DNA of 64,000 nucleotides from Magnetococcales bacterium (GTDB taxonomy: Bacteria > Pseudomonadota > Magnetococcia > Magnetococcales > JADFYX01). The stretch is from assembly GCA_002753565.1 (NCBI GenBank), contig PEAM01000016.1:4400-68399 (forward strand), written 5' to 3'. A program made the position numbers and the translations under genes. Below the pieces are notes generated by a model. It had not been told where the DNA came from. It did no database searches and saw nothing but the letters and a program-made list of their open reading frames with translations. Positions 1-8,477 of this stretch are shown here, piece after piece. Numbering within the stretch: position 1 is the first letter of the stretch; each line of letters begins with the position of its first letter.

Positions 1-2
1 CC

Positions 3-1973
3 CTGTTCACCCACTGGAACAACGGCAAGGTAGCCGCCATCATTCAACAGGTGCGACAGCAGGCTGGTCAACAGGTGACGCAACAGCAGGTTGAGCAGAT
101 GCATCGCTTTTTATCGCAAAACAATCTACTGGTCGCCGCCGATGCCCCATCGGCCCGAACTCTCTGGCGCCGTCGCCAATCCACCACCCCCTCCACGGGA
201 CTCAAGCTGCTTCACCACGCCCTTTTCTTTAAAATTCCCCTTCTCCACCCCGACCCCCTGCTACGGAGGCTGCTCCCCTGGGTCAACTTTATCTATAGCC
301 GCACCTTTTTGCTTGTGTTGGGGCTGCTGGGGTTGGGGGGGCTCTATCTTTCGGCCAGAGAGTGGGACCGCTTTCAAGCCTCCTTCCATTTTATACTCTC
401 ACCCCATGGTGCCATGTGGTATCTGGGCGCTCTGCTGTTGGTGAAGATCGTCCACGAGCTGGGCCACGCCCTGACCGCCTGTCGGTTGGGGTGTCGGATT
501 CCGACCATGGGGGTCGCCTTTATGGTCTTCTTTCCCCTTCTTTATACCGACACCAGCGAAGCGTGGAAACTCAACAACCACCGAGCCAGAATGGCTATCG
601 GTATGGCTGGGGTGGCTGCCGAGTTGATGGTTGCCCTGCTCGCCACCCTTCTGGCCCACTTTCTTGCGCCGGGGGCGCCACGGGATAGCCTGATTTTTTT
701 AGCAACCGTCACCTGGATCACCTCATTGGTCATCAACGCAAGCCCCTTCATGCGCTTTGACGGCTACTATCTTCTGGCCGACTATCTGGGAATGGACAAT
801 CTTCAAGAGCGTGCCTTTGCTCTGGGAAGATGGCAGTTGCGCGCCTGGCTGCTCGGTGTGAAGACCCCGCCACCCGAAGCGTTCTCCCCCAGACGGCGCT
901 GGCTTCTGCTTGGTTATGCTTATGCTACCTGGCTCTATCGTCTGCTGCTCTTTTTTGGTATTGCGCTGTTGGTTTACCATCTGCTGTTCAAGTTGGCGGG
1001 GCTGGTTATGATGGCTGTCGAGCTGATCTGGTTTATTGCCCGCCCCATCTGGCGGGAGTTGCAAGGGTGGTGGAGGATTCGATCCTCTCTGGCTTGGACC
1101 ATCCATACCCTGACCACCCTGTTGGCTGTCGTTGGCTTGATGTTGTTTGTTTTGGTTCCCTGGCAGGGGGAGATCACCCTTCCGGGGCTTAAAACCAGCA
1201 GTCAGCAGTTGCAGCTCTACCCACCGGCCTCTTCCCGGCTTAGGCATGTTGCGATTAAAAGGGGAGACAGGGTGGCGGCAGGAGAGCTGTTGCTGGTGTT
1301 GGAGTCACCGGACCTTAAACAGAAAACAGGGCAGATTGATGCCCGTATTGCCGCCCTTGAATGGAAGCTCAACCAGGCCCACACCCAGCCGATTCTCCTG
1401 GAAAACAGCGCCATCATGCAGCGGGAGATGGCCGGCTTGCTGACCGAAAGGGAGGGGCTTGGGCAGCAGGCCGACAAGCTGACCATCACCGCCCCCTTTG
1501 ATGGCATGATTACCGATATCATGCCGGGGCTTCACCCAGGTCGCTGGCTCTCCGCCCACGACCCCGTCATCACCCTGGTCGACTTGCAGACCGTCCACCT
1601 GGAGGGGCTGATTGCCGAGGCCGATATCCAGCGTCTCTCTCTGCAGAGCATCGGCACCTTCCAGCCCCACCTTTTTCAAGAGCCTGCCACAGAGGTCCGG
1701 CTGACAGCCATCGCTCCGGCAGCAATATCTGCCCTGAAAAAACCCTATTTTGCTGCGCATCTCGGCGGGGAGGTCCCGGTTTGGCAGGATGGCAGGGGTG
1801 CTCTCATCCCTTACGAATCCTTCTATCGACTCACTTTTCAAAGCCTCTCTCCCCTGCCGACCCTCCGTCATGAACAGCCGGGGCGGATCACCCTTCCGGT
1901 TGAAAAAAGGTCTCTGCTCAATCAATTGACCACGACAGTTGCCCAGGTTTTTATCCGTGAAAGTGGCTTTTAA
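3..1973 (+). CDS. Peptidase M50 (site-2-protease-like) membrane domain fused to a HlyD-type periplasmic adaptor domain; 5' end cut by window edge
   Basis: The frame is open from nt 3, with no stop before the GTG at 51. A HELGHAL zinc motif sits in a polytopic hydrophobic N-terminal half. The C-terminal half has MFP/HlyD hallmarks (LLLVLESPDL, coiled-coil stretch, TITAPFDGMITD). Confidence 0.75.
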   Translation: MFTHWNNGKVAAIIQQVRQQAGQQVTQQQVEQMHRFLSQNNLLVAADAPSARTLWRRRQSTTPSTGLKLLHHALFFKIPLLHPDPLLRRLLPWVNFIYSRTFLLVLGLLGLGGLYLSAREWDRFQASFHFILSPHGAMWYLGALLLVKIVHELGHALTACRLGCRIPTMGVAFMVFFPLLYTDTSEAWKLNNHRARMAIGMAGVAAELMVALLATLLAHFLAPGAPRDSLIFLATVTWITSLVINASPFMRFDGYYLLADYLGMDNLQERAFALGRWQLRAWLLGVKTPPPEAFSPRRRWLLLGYAYATWLYRLLLFFGIALLVYHLLFKLAGLVMMAVELIWFIARPIWRELQGWWRIRSSLAWTIHTLTTLLAVVGLMLFVLVPWQGEITLPGLKTSSQQLQLYPPASSRLRHVAIKRGDRVAAGELLLVLESPDLKQKTGQIDARIAALEWKLNQAHTQPILLENSAIMQREMAGLLTEREGLGQQADKLTITAPFDGMITDIMPGLHPGRWLSAHDPVITLVDLQTVHLEGLIAEADIQRLSLQSIGTFQPHLFQEPATEVRLTAIAPAAISALKKPYFAAHLGGEVPVWQDGRGALIPYESFYRLTFQSLSPLPTLRHEQPGRITLPVEKRSLLNQLTTTVAQVFIRESGF

Positions 1974-2018
1974 ATACCACGCTCCACCGGCTGAACTGAA
2001 AAATCTTTTTACTTTTTT

Positions 2019-2039
2019 AATGTAAATTATTTTTACATT
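2019..2039. promoter_or_regulatory. AT-rich perfect inverted repeat AATGTAAA-N5-TTTACATT (possible operator or weak terminator)
   Basis: Read directly: 2019-2026 is the reverse complement of 2032-2039. It lies in the intergenic region upstream of the 2203 gene. Confidence 0.3.
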
Positions 2040-2119
2040 TCAGCCGTCAGAGAGAGAACTCACGCATGCAAACAACTATAACTGATTGTATTTATTTGCC
2101 TTTAAAAAACCTTCAACTG

Positions 2120-2128
2120 TGGTATAAT
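2120..2128 (+). promoter_or_regulatory. Candidate extended -10 promoter element TGgTATAAT
   Basis: TATAAT lies at 2123-2128, preceded by TG at 2120-2121. It sits about 75 nt upstream of the ATG at 2203. The -35 is weak (TTTAAA at 2101-2106). Confidence 0.35.
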
Positions 2129-2202
2129 GGTTGCTTTGCTAAAGGTTAAGATGCATCGTGATTCACCCAATCACTCTTTTGACACCCAACCAGGAGGATA
2201 TC

Positions 2203-2940
2203 ATGGCTCGAATGAGACATTTTTTTATTTGTGGTTCTCTCTTTGCCGCTCTGCTCATTTCGACCACGGCCCAGGCAGAGAATCTAATCGTCTACTCTGC
2301 CAAGGGGGTCTCCTATCAATCGGGAGAGATGATTGACGGCAGCCAACCCTTAGCGCTTAAACCAGGAGAAGAGGTGAGCCTGATCTCCCCTACCGGCAGA
2401 ATGATCAAGCTGGTCGGCCCCTACGAAGGGGCGCCTCTGGGTAAAGGGGAAAAACAGGAGAAGAAGAGCGTCAAGGAGGCCATCAAAAACCTTCTGACCG
2501 CCTCCGGCTCTGCCTCAGAAAGTTTTGGCATCACCCGCAGTGCGGACGATCTGTTCAAGCTGGCAGCCAAACCGGCCCCCCTCCCCAACCCCTGGGTGAT
2601 TGATGTCACCCAAAACGGCCCCTACTGCTACCTGGAAGGGGAGAGTCTGGTCTTTTGGCGTCCCGAAAAAAACCGAGTCGCCTCGGTTAATCTGGAGATT
2701 CCCGAGCGGGGCTGGAGCGCCAAGGCAGAGTGGGCCTCGGGTAAAAGCAAACTGGCCCCTCCCCGCACCATCCCCCTGCATAATGGGGTGAGCGTACAGA
2801 TTACCCTCGACAATCAAAAAGTGTCGGGAATCATGAACAGGATTCCCCGGACTGTCCAGTCGGCTGCCGTACAGGCGGCTTGGCTGAAAGAGAGAGGCTG
2901 CCTGCCACAGTTTTTGACTCTGGCCCACTCCATGCTGTAA
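2203..2940 (+). CDS. Hypothetical secreted/periplasmic protein
   Basis: ATG at 2203 is preceded by AGGAGGA (2192-2198). The N-terminus MARMRHFFICGSLFAALLISTTAQA-ENL looks like a Sec signal peptide. I recognised no family motif. Confidence 0.6.
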   Translation: MARMRHFFICGSLFAALLISTTAQAENLIVYSAKGVSYQSGEMIDGSQPLALKPGEEVSLISPTGRMIKLVGPYEGAPLGKGEKQEKKSVKEAIKNLLTASGSASESFGITRSADDLFKLAAKPAPLPNPWVIDVTQNGPYCYLEGESLVFWRPEKNRVASVNLEIPERGWSAKAEWASGKSKLAPPRTIPLHNGVSVQITLDNQKVSGIMNRIPRTVQSAAVQAAWLKERGCLPQFLTLAHSML

Positions 2941-2961
2941 ATTGGGCCTCCTTTCTACCCG

Positions 2962-4995
2962 TTGAGGGGGGCTTTTTCATACTTCCCCTCTGCGGGGAGC
3001 CTGTTCTGTTACTCTGGGAAAAACCGATTGGCCTCTCTACGCACCTTGACCTCGGTCTTTGGCCTTTTCATCCTGGCATCGAGCTTGGCTTGGTTTGGCC
3101 TGGAAAAAATCTCTGTTCTGGGCATGATGGAGCGGTGGATCTCTGACGTCCGTATTGCCACCCTCACCCCTTCAGAACCTCAACATCCCGATATTGTTAT
3201 TGTAACCATCACCGAAGAGACACTACAACAGTTCCCCTACCGATCCCCCATCGATCGAGCTTTTTTAGCCAACCTGTTAGCCAACCTGGAGAGTAAAGGG
3301 GTGCGGGCGGCCCTGCTGGACGTTCTCCTCGACCAACCCACCGAGCAGACCAAAGACGATCGACTCAAACAGACCTTGGAACAGTTTACCAAACCCCTGG
3401 CCATCAGTTATGTGGCATCCAACCAACTTCTGACCTCAGCCCAACGCCACTTTCTCGATGCCTATGTACCCAAGCAACACCTGGGGCTGGCCAACCTGGA
3501 AAAGGACCCTTTTGACGATACGGTTCGCCACATCTTTCCTGGCAAACGTGGGGAGTCTGGGGTTTTCATCCCCGGTGTCACCTCTCTTATGGCCTCTAAA
3601 CTGGGTAAATCTCCCCCCCGGACCCCCATCGAGATCGCCTGGCGGGGCAAGCCGGATGAGGCCCAGGGGAGCAGCCCTTTTCGAACCTTTCCGGCCCATC
3701 TGGTGCCTGTTTTGCCAGCCCCCTGGTTTGCGGACAAGGTGATCCTGATCGGTACCGATCTCTCCCTGCGAGATCGCCACCGCACCCCCTTCTCCGTTGT
3801 GGCCCGCAACCAAGAGGGGCTGGCACAATTTGGCATGCCGGGGATTTTTGTCATGGCCCACTCGTTGGCGCAACTGCTGGATGAGAGAGCATCGCCAACC
3901 CTCAGCAACGGCACCAAAATGGCCCTGCTCGGGCTTGCCGCAACCCTGGGCACCCTGTTGGCCTGGATTCCCCTCTCCCTGACCTTGCGGGTGGGGCTGA
4001 TCCTCTTCTCCATTCCGGCCTGCTGGTTTGGGGGCTTCAATCTGTTTCAGGAGGGGGGGCCTTTGATTCCCCTTCTTCTGCCCACCTTGGGATTTCTGTT
4101 TGCCTTTATTTTTTCAGAGATCTATCGAGGGTTCGAAGAGCGCAAAAAAAGAAACTTCCTTAAACAGGCCTTCTCCCGCTATCTCTCTCCAGAGCTGGTC
4201 GACCTGCTCATCCAAGACCCGGACCGTCTCTCCCGCGGGGCCGAAAGACGGGTGCTTACCTTTCTTTTTACCGACATTGAAGGGTTTACCACCGTCTCCG
4301 AAAAAGCCGACCCATCTGATCTTGCCCCACAGATGAACATCTATCTGGATGGGGTCTGCTCCGCCGTACTGGACCATGGCGGCATGGTGGTGGATTTAAT
4401 CGGTGATGCGGTGTTTGCCATGTTCAACGCCCCCCTTCAGCAAGATGACCATGCCGACCGGGCGACCCGCTGTGCGGTGGAGATTAACCGGGTAACCAAG
4501 GTGTTTCTAAAGACCCCGGAGGCCATCCGACTGGGGTTTGGGCGCACCCGCATCGGCGTGCATACCGGGGAGGCCCTGGTTGGAAATTTTGGTGCTGAAG
4601 ACCGTTTTAAATATACTCCTCTGGGAGACGCCGTCAACATTGGCGCCCGTATTGAGGGGCTGAACAAATATTTCGGCACCCAGATTTGTGCCTCCCAAAA
4701 AAGCATAGAGTCCAGCTCTTTGCGCTATGTTCGCCCCATTGGCGATGTCATCTTAAAAGGCAAAGAGGAGCCAATCTCTATTTTCGAGATTATGACCGAC
4801 AAGGAGGAGAACCCGACCTATCTTAAGAGGTATCTTGAGGCGTTCCATAGCCTGGAGCAGGGAGAAAAGGCGACAGCCCGCGCACGCTTCCAGGCTCTTG
4901 CCATAGAAAACCCCAACGATGGCTGTGTTGCCTTGCATCTGGATAGACTCAACAACAACAAAGGCAGCACCCTGATTAAAATGGCGGACAAATAA
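2962..4995 (+). CDS. CHASE2 sensor domain-containing class III adenylate/guanylate cyclase
   Basis: An N-terminal TM is followed by a large extracytoplasmic region and a cluster of TM helices. The cyclase catalytic motifs follow: LTFLFTDIEGFTTVSE, GDAVFAMFNAP, RIGVHTGEALVGNFG, YTPLGDAVNIGARIE. The start is uncertain (TTG at 2962; alternative TTG at 3028). Confidence 0.85.
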   Translation: MRGAFSYFPSAGSLFCYSGKNRLASLRTLTSVFGLFILASSLAWFGLEKISVLGMMERWISDVRIATLTPSEPQHPDIVIVTITEETLQQFPYRSPIDRAFLANLLANLESKGVRAALLDVLLDQPTEQTKDDRLKQTLEQFTKPLAISYVASNQLLTSAQRHFLDAYVPKQHLGLANLEKDPFDDTVRHIFPGKRGESGVFIPGVTSLMASKLGKSPPRTPIEIAWRGKPDEAQGSSPFRTFPAHLVPVLPAPWFADKVILIGTDLSLRDRHRTPFSVVARNQEGLAQFGMPGIFVMAHSLAQLLDERASPTLSNGTKMALLGLAATLGTLLAWIPLSLTLRVGLILFSIPACWFGGFNLFQEGGPLIPLLLPTLGFLFAFIFSEIYRGFEERKKRNFLKQAFSRYLSPELVDLLIQDPDRLSRGAERRVLTFLFTDIEGFTTVSEKADPSDLAPQMNIYLDGVCSAVLDHGGMVVDLIGDAVFAMFNAPLQQDDHADRATRCAVEINRVTKVFLKTPEAIRLGFGRTRIGVHTGEALVGNFGAEDRFKYTPLGDAVNIGARIEGLNKYFGTQICASQKSIESSSLRYVRPIGDVILKGKEEPISIFEIMTDKEENPTYLKRYLEAFHSLEQGEKATARARFQALAIENPNDGCVALHLDRLNNNKGSTLIKMADK

Positions 4996-5087
4996 TCTTC
5001 ATTGACCGTCACGCCTTGATAAGATGATCTTATCCACTCCCCTATTTTTGGAATGGATCGACCATTAAAACACAGTAAGGATGCCCC

Positions 5088-5885
5088 ATGGAGAGACCCG
5101 CAAGCGTCACTTTTCTCGGTGTCGGTTCTGCTTTTACAACCGCCCAATATTATCAATCCAACCTGCTGATTACCGCCAAAAGTGGCAAAAGAATGTTGAT
5201 TGACTGTGGCTCGGATGCTCGCTTTTCCCTGGCGGAGTGGGGGCTGCTCAACGGCATAAAAACACCGCAAATCGATGCCGTCTATGCCTCTCATCTGCAT
5301 GCCGACCACATTGGTGGGCTGGAGTGGCTGGCCTTCAGCACCTATTTTAATTCAGAAATCCCCCAACCCAAGCTGTTTATTGTCGGTGAAATTCTCGACA
5401 TGCTCTGGAGCGAATCCCTTCAGGGGGGGCTGGGGTTTATCAGCGACAAGGTGATGAGCCTCTCCGACTATTTTAATGTCCACCCCCTGCAAACCGAAAC
5501 CCCGTTTGAATGGGAGGGGATTCAGTTTACCCCCTACAAGCTCCTGCACGTGGAGAACAGCCGCCGCAATGTATACAGCTATGGGCTGCTGATTCGCTCC
5601 GTCGATGCAGGCTCCACCCTCTTTTTCTCCTCCGATGCGGTGTTTAATACCGACCTGCTCAATCTGATCACCACCCTAGAACCCCAAGTGGACCTTTTTT
5701 TTCAAGACACCGAAACCCTCCCCTTTCGAACCAATGTCCACGCCCACTACGAAGATCTTGTTACCCTGCCCGACGCCATAAAAAAGAAAATGTGGCTCTA
5801 CCACTACAGCCCAGACCCCCCTGTTCGGCCAGATCAGGACGGCTTTTTGGGTTTGATCAAAAAAGGCCAGACCTTTTTGATCTGA
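5088..5885 (+). CDS. MBL-fold metallo-hydrolase
   Basis: HLHADHIGG (HxHxDH) motif, with the typical beta-lactamase-fold N-terminus VTFLGVGSAF...LIDCGSD. Confidence 0.8.
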   Translation: MERPASVTFLGVGSAFTTAQYYQSNLLITAKSGKRMLIDCGSDARFSLAEWGLLNGIKTPQIDAVYASHLHADHIGGLEWLAFSTYFNSEIPQPKLFIVGEILDMLWSESLQGGLGFISDKVMSLSDYFNVHPLQTETPFEWEGIQFTPYKLLHVENSRRNVYSYGLLIRSVDAGSTLFFSSDAVFNTDLLNLITTLEPQVDLFFQDTETLPFRTNVHAHYEDLVTLPDAIKKKMWLYHYSPDPPVRPDQDGFLGLIKKGQTFLI

Positions 5886-5894
5886 CGCACCCCC

Positions 5895-5936
5895 AAAAAA
5901 AGGCCGACTTCACCTGGGTGAAGTCGGCCTTTTTTT
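5895..5936. terminator. Bidirectional rho-independent terminator
   Basis: 13-bp perfect stem AGGCCGACTTCAC/GTGAAGTCGGCCT (5901-5913 / 5918-5930) with loop CTGG. An A-run lies on the left and a T-run on the right. It sits between convergent genes. Confidence 0.85.
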
Positions 5937-5982
5937 GTCGGTTATGCAGAGAGTAGAGCAGTCCCTCCCTTCAGTCCCGTGG

Positions 5983-6540
5983 TTATTTAACCCCTTTGGC
6001 GATTAAAAACTCGGAATAGAGTTTGTCGGTAACGGTGATGTGGCTGATCAACCATTCTTGGAGATATTTCAACAGCTCTGAGGAGACTTCGTTGCTGTTG
6101 TCGTCAAAGTTTTTCCGAAACTCCTCCATTTTGCTGCGCATGGCATTGTGGGCTTCGATATGTTCGTCCAGATTGACATAGCCATTATCCCGCATCATCC
6201 CCTCTTCTCGGGCAAAGTGGGTAACGGTATACTCGATCAACTCGTCAATCACCTCCGAGGCCTTGTCGGCTCCTCGGGCGCTACGCAGAGATTGAAAGAT
6301 GCGCAGGGTCAGATCGAGCAACTGTTTGTGATCGTTGTCAATGGATTCGATGCCGACACTATACTCCTCCTTCCAGCTTATTTTATTCTCAAGAAACTGA
6401 TTTTTAAGCATCAGCATGAAAGGCATGAGTAGAATAAGAACCAGAAAGCTCTCTTCGATCCCCATGGTAAAGGCGACAACAACAAGGAGAGGAACAATAA
6501 CCAACAGCCAGATTCTTTTATCCATCGCTTCAATATTCAT
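5983..6540 (-). CDS. Bacteriohemerythrin-like protein with N-terminal transmembrane anchor
   Basis: Hemerythrin His/Asp/Glu ligand motifs are present (DNDHKQLL, YTVTHFAREE, EAHNAMRSKM, WLISHITVTD). I chose the ATG at 6540 (MNIEAMDKR...), preceded by AAGGAG, over the longer ORF. Two hydrophobic helices precede the domain. Confidence 0.8.
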   Translation of the reverse strand: MNIEAMDKRIWLLVIVPLLVVVAFTMGIEESFLVLILLMPFMLMLKNQFLENKISWKEEYSVGIESIDNDHKQLLDLTLRIFQSLRSARGADKASEVIDELIEYTVTHFAREEGMMRDNGYVNLDEHIEAHNAMRSKMEEFRKNFDDNSNEVSSELLKYLQEWLISHITVTDKLYSEFLIAKGVK

Positions 6541-6806
6541 TATGATACCGTTCTCCTTATCTGTTTGGGAAGATGAATCTCCGTCCGGTTGGTCTTTCGA
6601 CCAAGGGTTACCAAGAGGAACCGTTGGGCGGCTGGCTCTGTGATATTTCCAAGCAGAATACCAGAGCCGAACCCGGGCCATTTATAGCAAACTATTGCCT
6701 CTATTCCGAGGATAAATTAAGATAATTGTTCATTATCCCATAAATGGTTGCAACGTCCCTTTATCCTTCTTCCCCCAGGATAAAAACCAGAGAGGCAGAG
6801 GTAGTT

Positions 6807-7949
6807 ATGAGTAGACTGGATAAAACGCTCTCTGAATGGGTAGAGAAAGGGCTGATTCAAGCAGAACAGGCCGAAAAGATCGCCCTCTTTGAGGCGGGAC
6901 GAGCCAACCGGAGTTGGATGGTGACCAGCTTTATGTCTCTGGGCGCTTCGGTTATCGGAATCGGCCTCATCGCCCTTATCGCCGCCAACTGGATGGAGAT
7001 TCCCGATGGGGTAAAACTGGGCATGGATCTGCTGCTTCTACTGGGGCTTGGGGCTGGTATCTTCCACCATCTGGAGCGGGGAGGTGGTCAGATGCTGGAA
7101 CTTTTTCTGGTTCTGTTCATTATTCTCTGCATGGCCTCCATTGGCCTGATCAGCCAGATCTACCATACCGGCGGACGGCTGGAGGATGCCCTGCTTTTCT
7201 GGGCCCTCATTACGCTGCCGGCCACCACCCTCTCCCGACACCAATTTATCCCCTTTTTATGGGTGGCCATCTTTCTCTCCGCCCTGATTGTCCGTATTCT
7301 GGCGCAAGATCTGCTGTTTCCCAGCCATCCAGAAGAGGTCCGCTGGGTCGCTCTGGTGATGTCCCTCCCCTTTGCTACGGCACTCATCTCCATGCTGTCG
7401 GCCAGGGTTCCCCTGCTGGCCCCCCTCGGGGCAGGGTTCTGGCAGTGGACCTTTATTCTTGGCGGTGGGGGGGTGATCTTTTTCGACCTCTTCATCAACA
7501 CCCTCTTCCCCCTGACCCATACCAATCTTAACGATGTCTATGGGCTGGCTATAGGCTTGAGCTTGCCGGTTTTTGCTGGAGTCTGGTGGTTTTCTGATCT
7601 CTCCCGAGTCAAAAAAAAGATCACCATGGCCATGCTGCTTCTCTATCTGGCCATGATCCCCGTCACCAAACAGCTGCTGCCGTTTGAGATCATGGGGGCG
7701 GTTTTTTCCATTCTTCTGTTTGCTTTGGCCTCGGTCATGGCCGGTTTAAGCGGCAATAGACGGCTTTCGACCCAACTGATACTCCTGACAGGTCTACGGT
7801 TTTTGGGCATCTATTTTGCCGCCTTTGGCGGGTTGGCTTTGAGTGCGGTGGGGTTGATCCTCTCCGGCGGGTTGATCTTAGCCTTGGCTGCTCTATGGAA
7901 CAAAAGAAAAAACCGTTTTCAACAGTGGATTGTGGGGCTTGAACAATGA
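6807..7949 (+). CDS. Polytopic membrane protein, DUF2157-like
   Basis: The N-terminus MSRLDKTLSEWVEKGLIQAEQAEKI followed by about 10 TM helices is typical of DUF2157. It is followed by a GDYXXLXY-type gene with a 4-nt overlap. Confidence 0.55.
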   Translation: MSRLDKTLSEWVEKGLIQAEQAEKIALFEAGRANRSWMVTSFMSLGASVIGIGLIALIAANWMEIPDGVKLGMDLLLLLGLGAGIFHHLERGGGQMLELFLVLFIILCMASIGLISQIYHTGGRLEDALLFWALITLPATTLSRHQFIPFLWVAIFLSALIVRILAQDLLFPSHPEEVRWVALVMSLPFATALISMLSARVPLLAPLGAGFWQWTFILGGGGVIFFDLFINTLFPLTHTNLNDVYGLAIGLSLPVFAGVWWFSDLSRVKKKITMAMLLLYLAMIPVTKQLLPFEIMGAVFSILLFALASVMAGLSGNRRLSTQLILLTGLRFLGIYFAAFGGLALSAVGLILSGGLILALAALWNKRKNRFQQWIVGLEQ

Positions 7950-8449
7950 ACAACAGACAAAAATGGGCTATCTTTGCCCTCTTCATCCCCCTCTTGGCCC
8001 TCAGCGGATTAACCTGGGACAAACATCAACGAATGGTCCAGGGGGAGGAGGTTTTACTGCCCATCGTCGGCTTCGACCCACGAGATCTGCTCTCGGGTCA
8101 CTATCTGACCTATCAAATTGAGTACGGCATTCAAAAACTCTGCACCGATCAATCCAGCACACAAAAATCCACCCCCGGCTACATTCTCCTCAACCCTGCG
8201 GAGTTCTCCCTCTGGCCGCCCCACCCCGGGCGGATTTTCATTAAGGGAGCCTGTGAAAAGGGCCGTTTCAAGGCGGGGATTGAGCGGTTTTACATCCCCC
8301 AGGAACATGCCACCCTTCTCGATAAGGTGGTACGGGGAAAGCAGGGGAAAATTCTCCTTTCGGTCTTTTTTGATGGCCGTGCCCAGGTAAAAAACCTGCT
8401 GATCAACGACCAACCCTGGCAGCAGTTTATCGCCGACAACACCCCGTAA
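7946..8449 (+). CDS. GDYXXLXY domain-like protein
   Basis: N-terminal TM, then FDPRDLLSGHYLTYQIEYG, which resembles the GDYXXLXY family signature. The start overlaps the stop of the DUF2157-like gene. Confidence 0.55.
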   Translation: MNNRQKWAIFALFIPLLALSGLTWDKHQRMVQGEEVLLPIVGFDPRDLLSGHYLTYQIEYGIQKLCTDQSSTQKSTPGYILLNPAEFSLWPPHPGRIFIKGACEKGRFKAGIERFYIPQEHATLLDKVVRGKQGKILLSVFFDGRAQVKNLLINDQPWQQFIADNTP

Positions 8450-8477
8450 CCTTTCCCCCTCTTGATGGTTCCAACAG

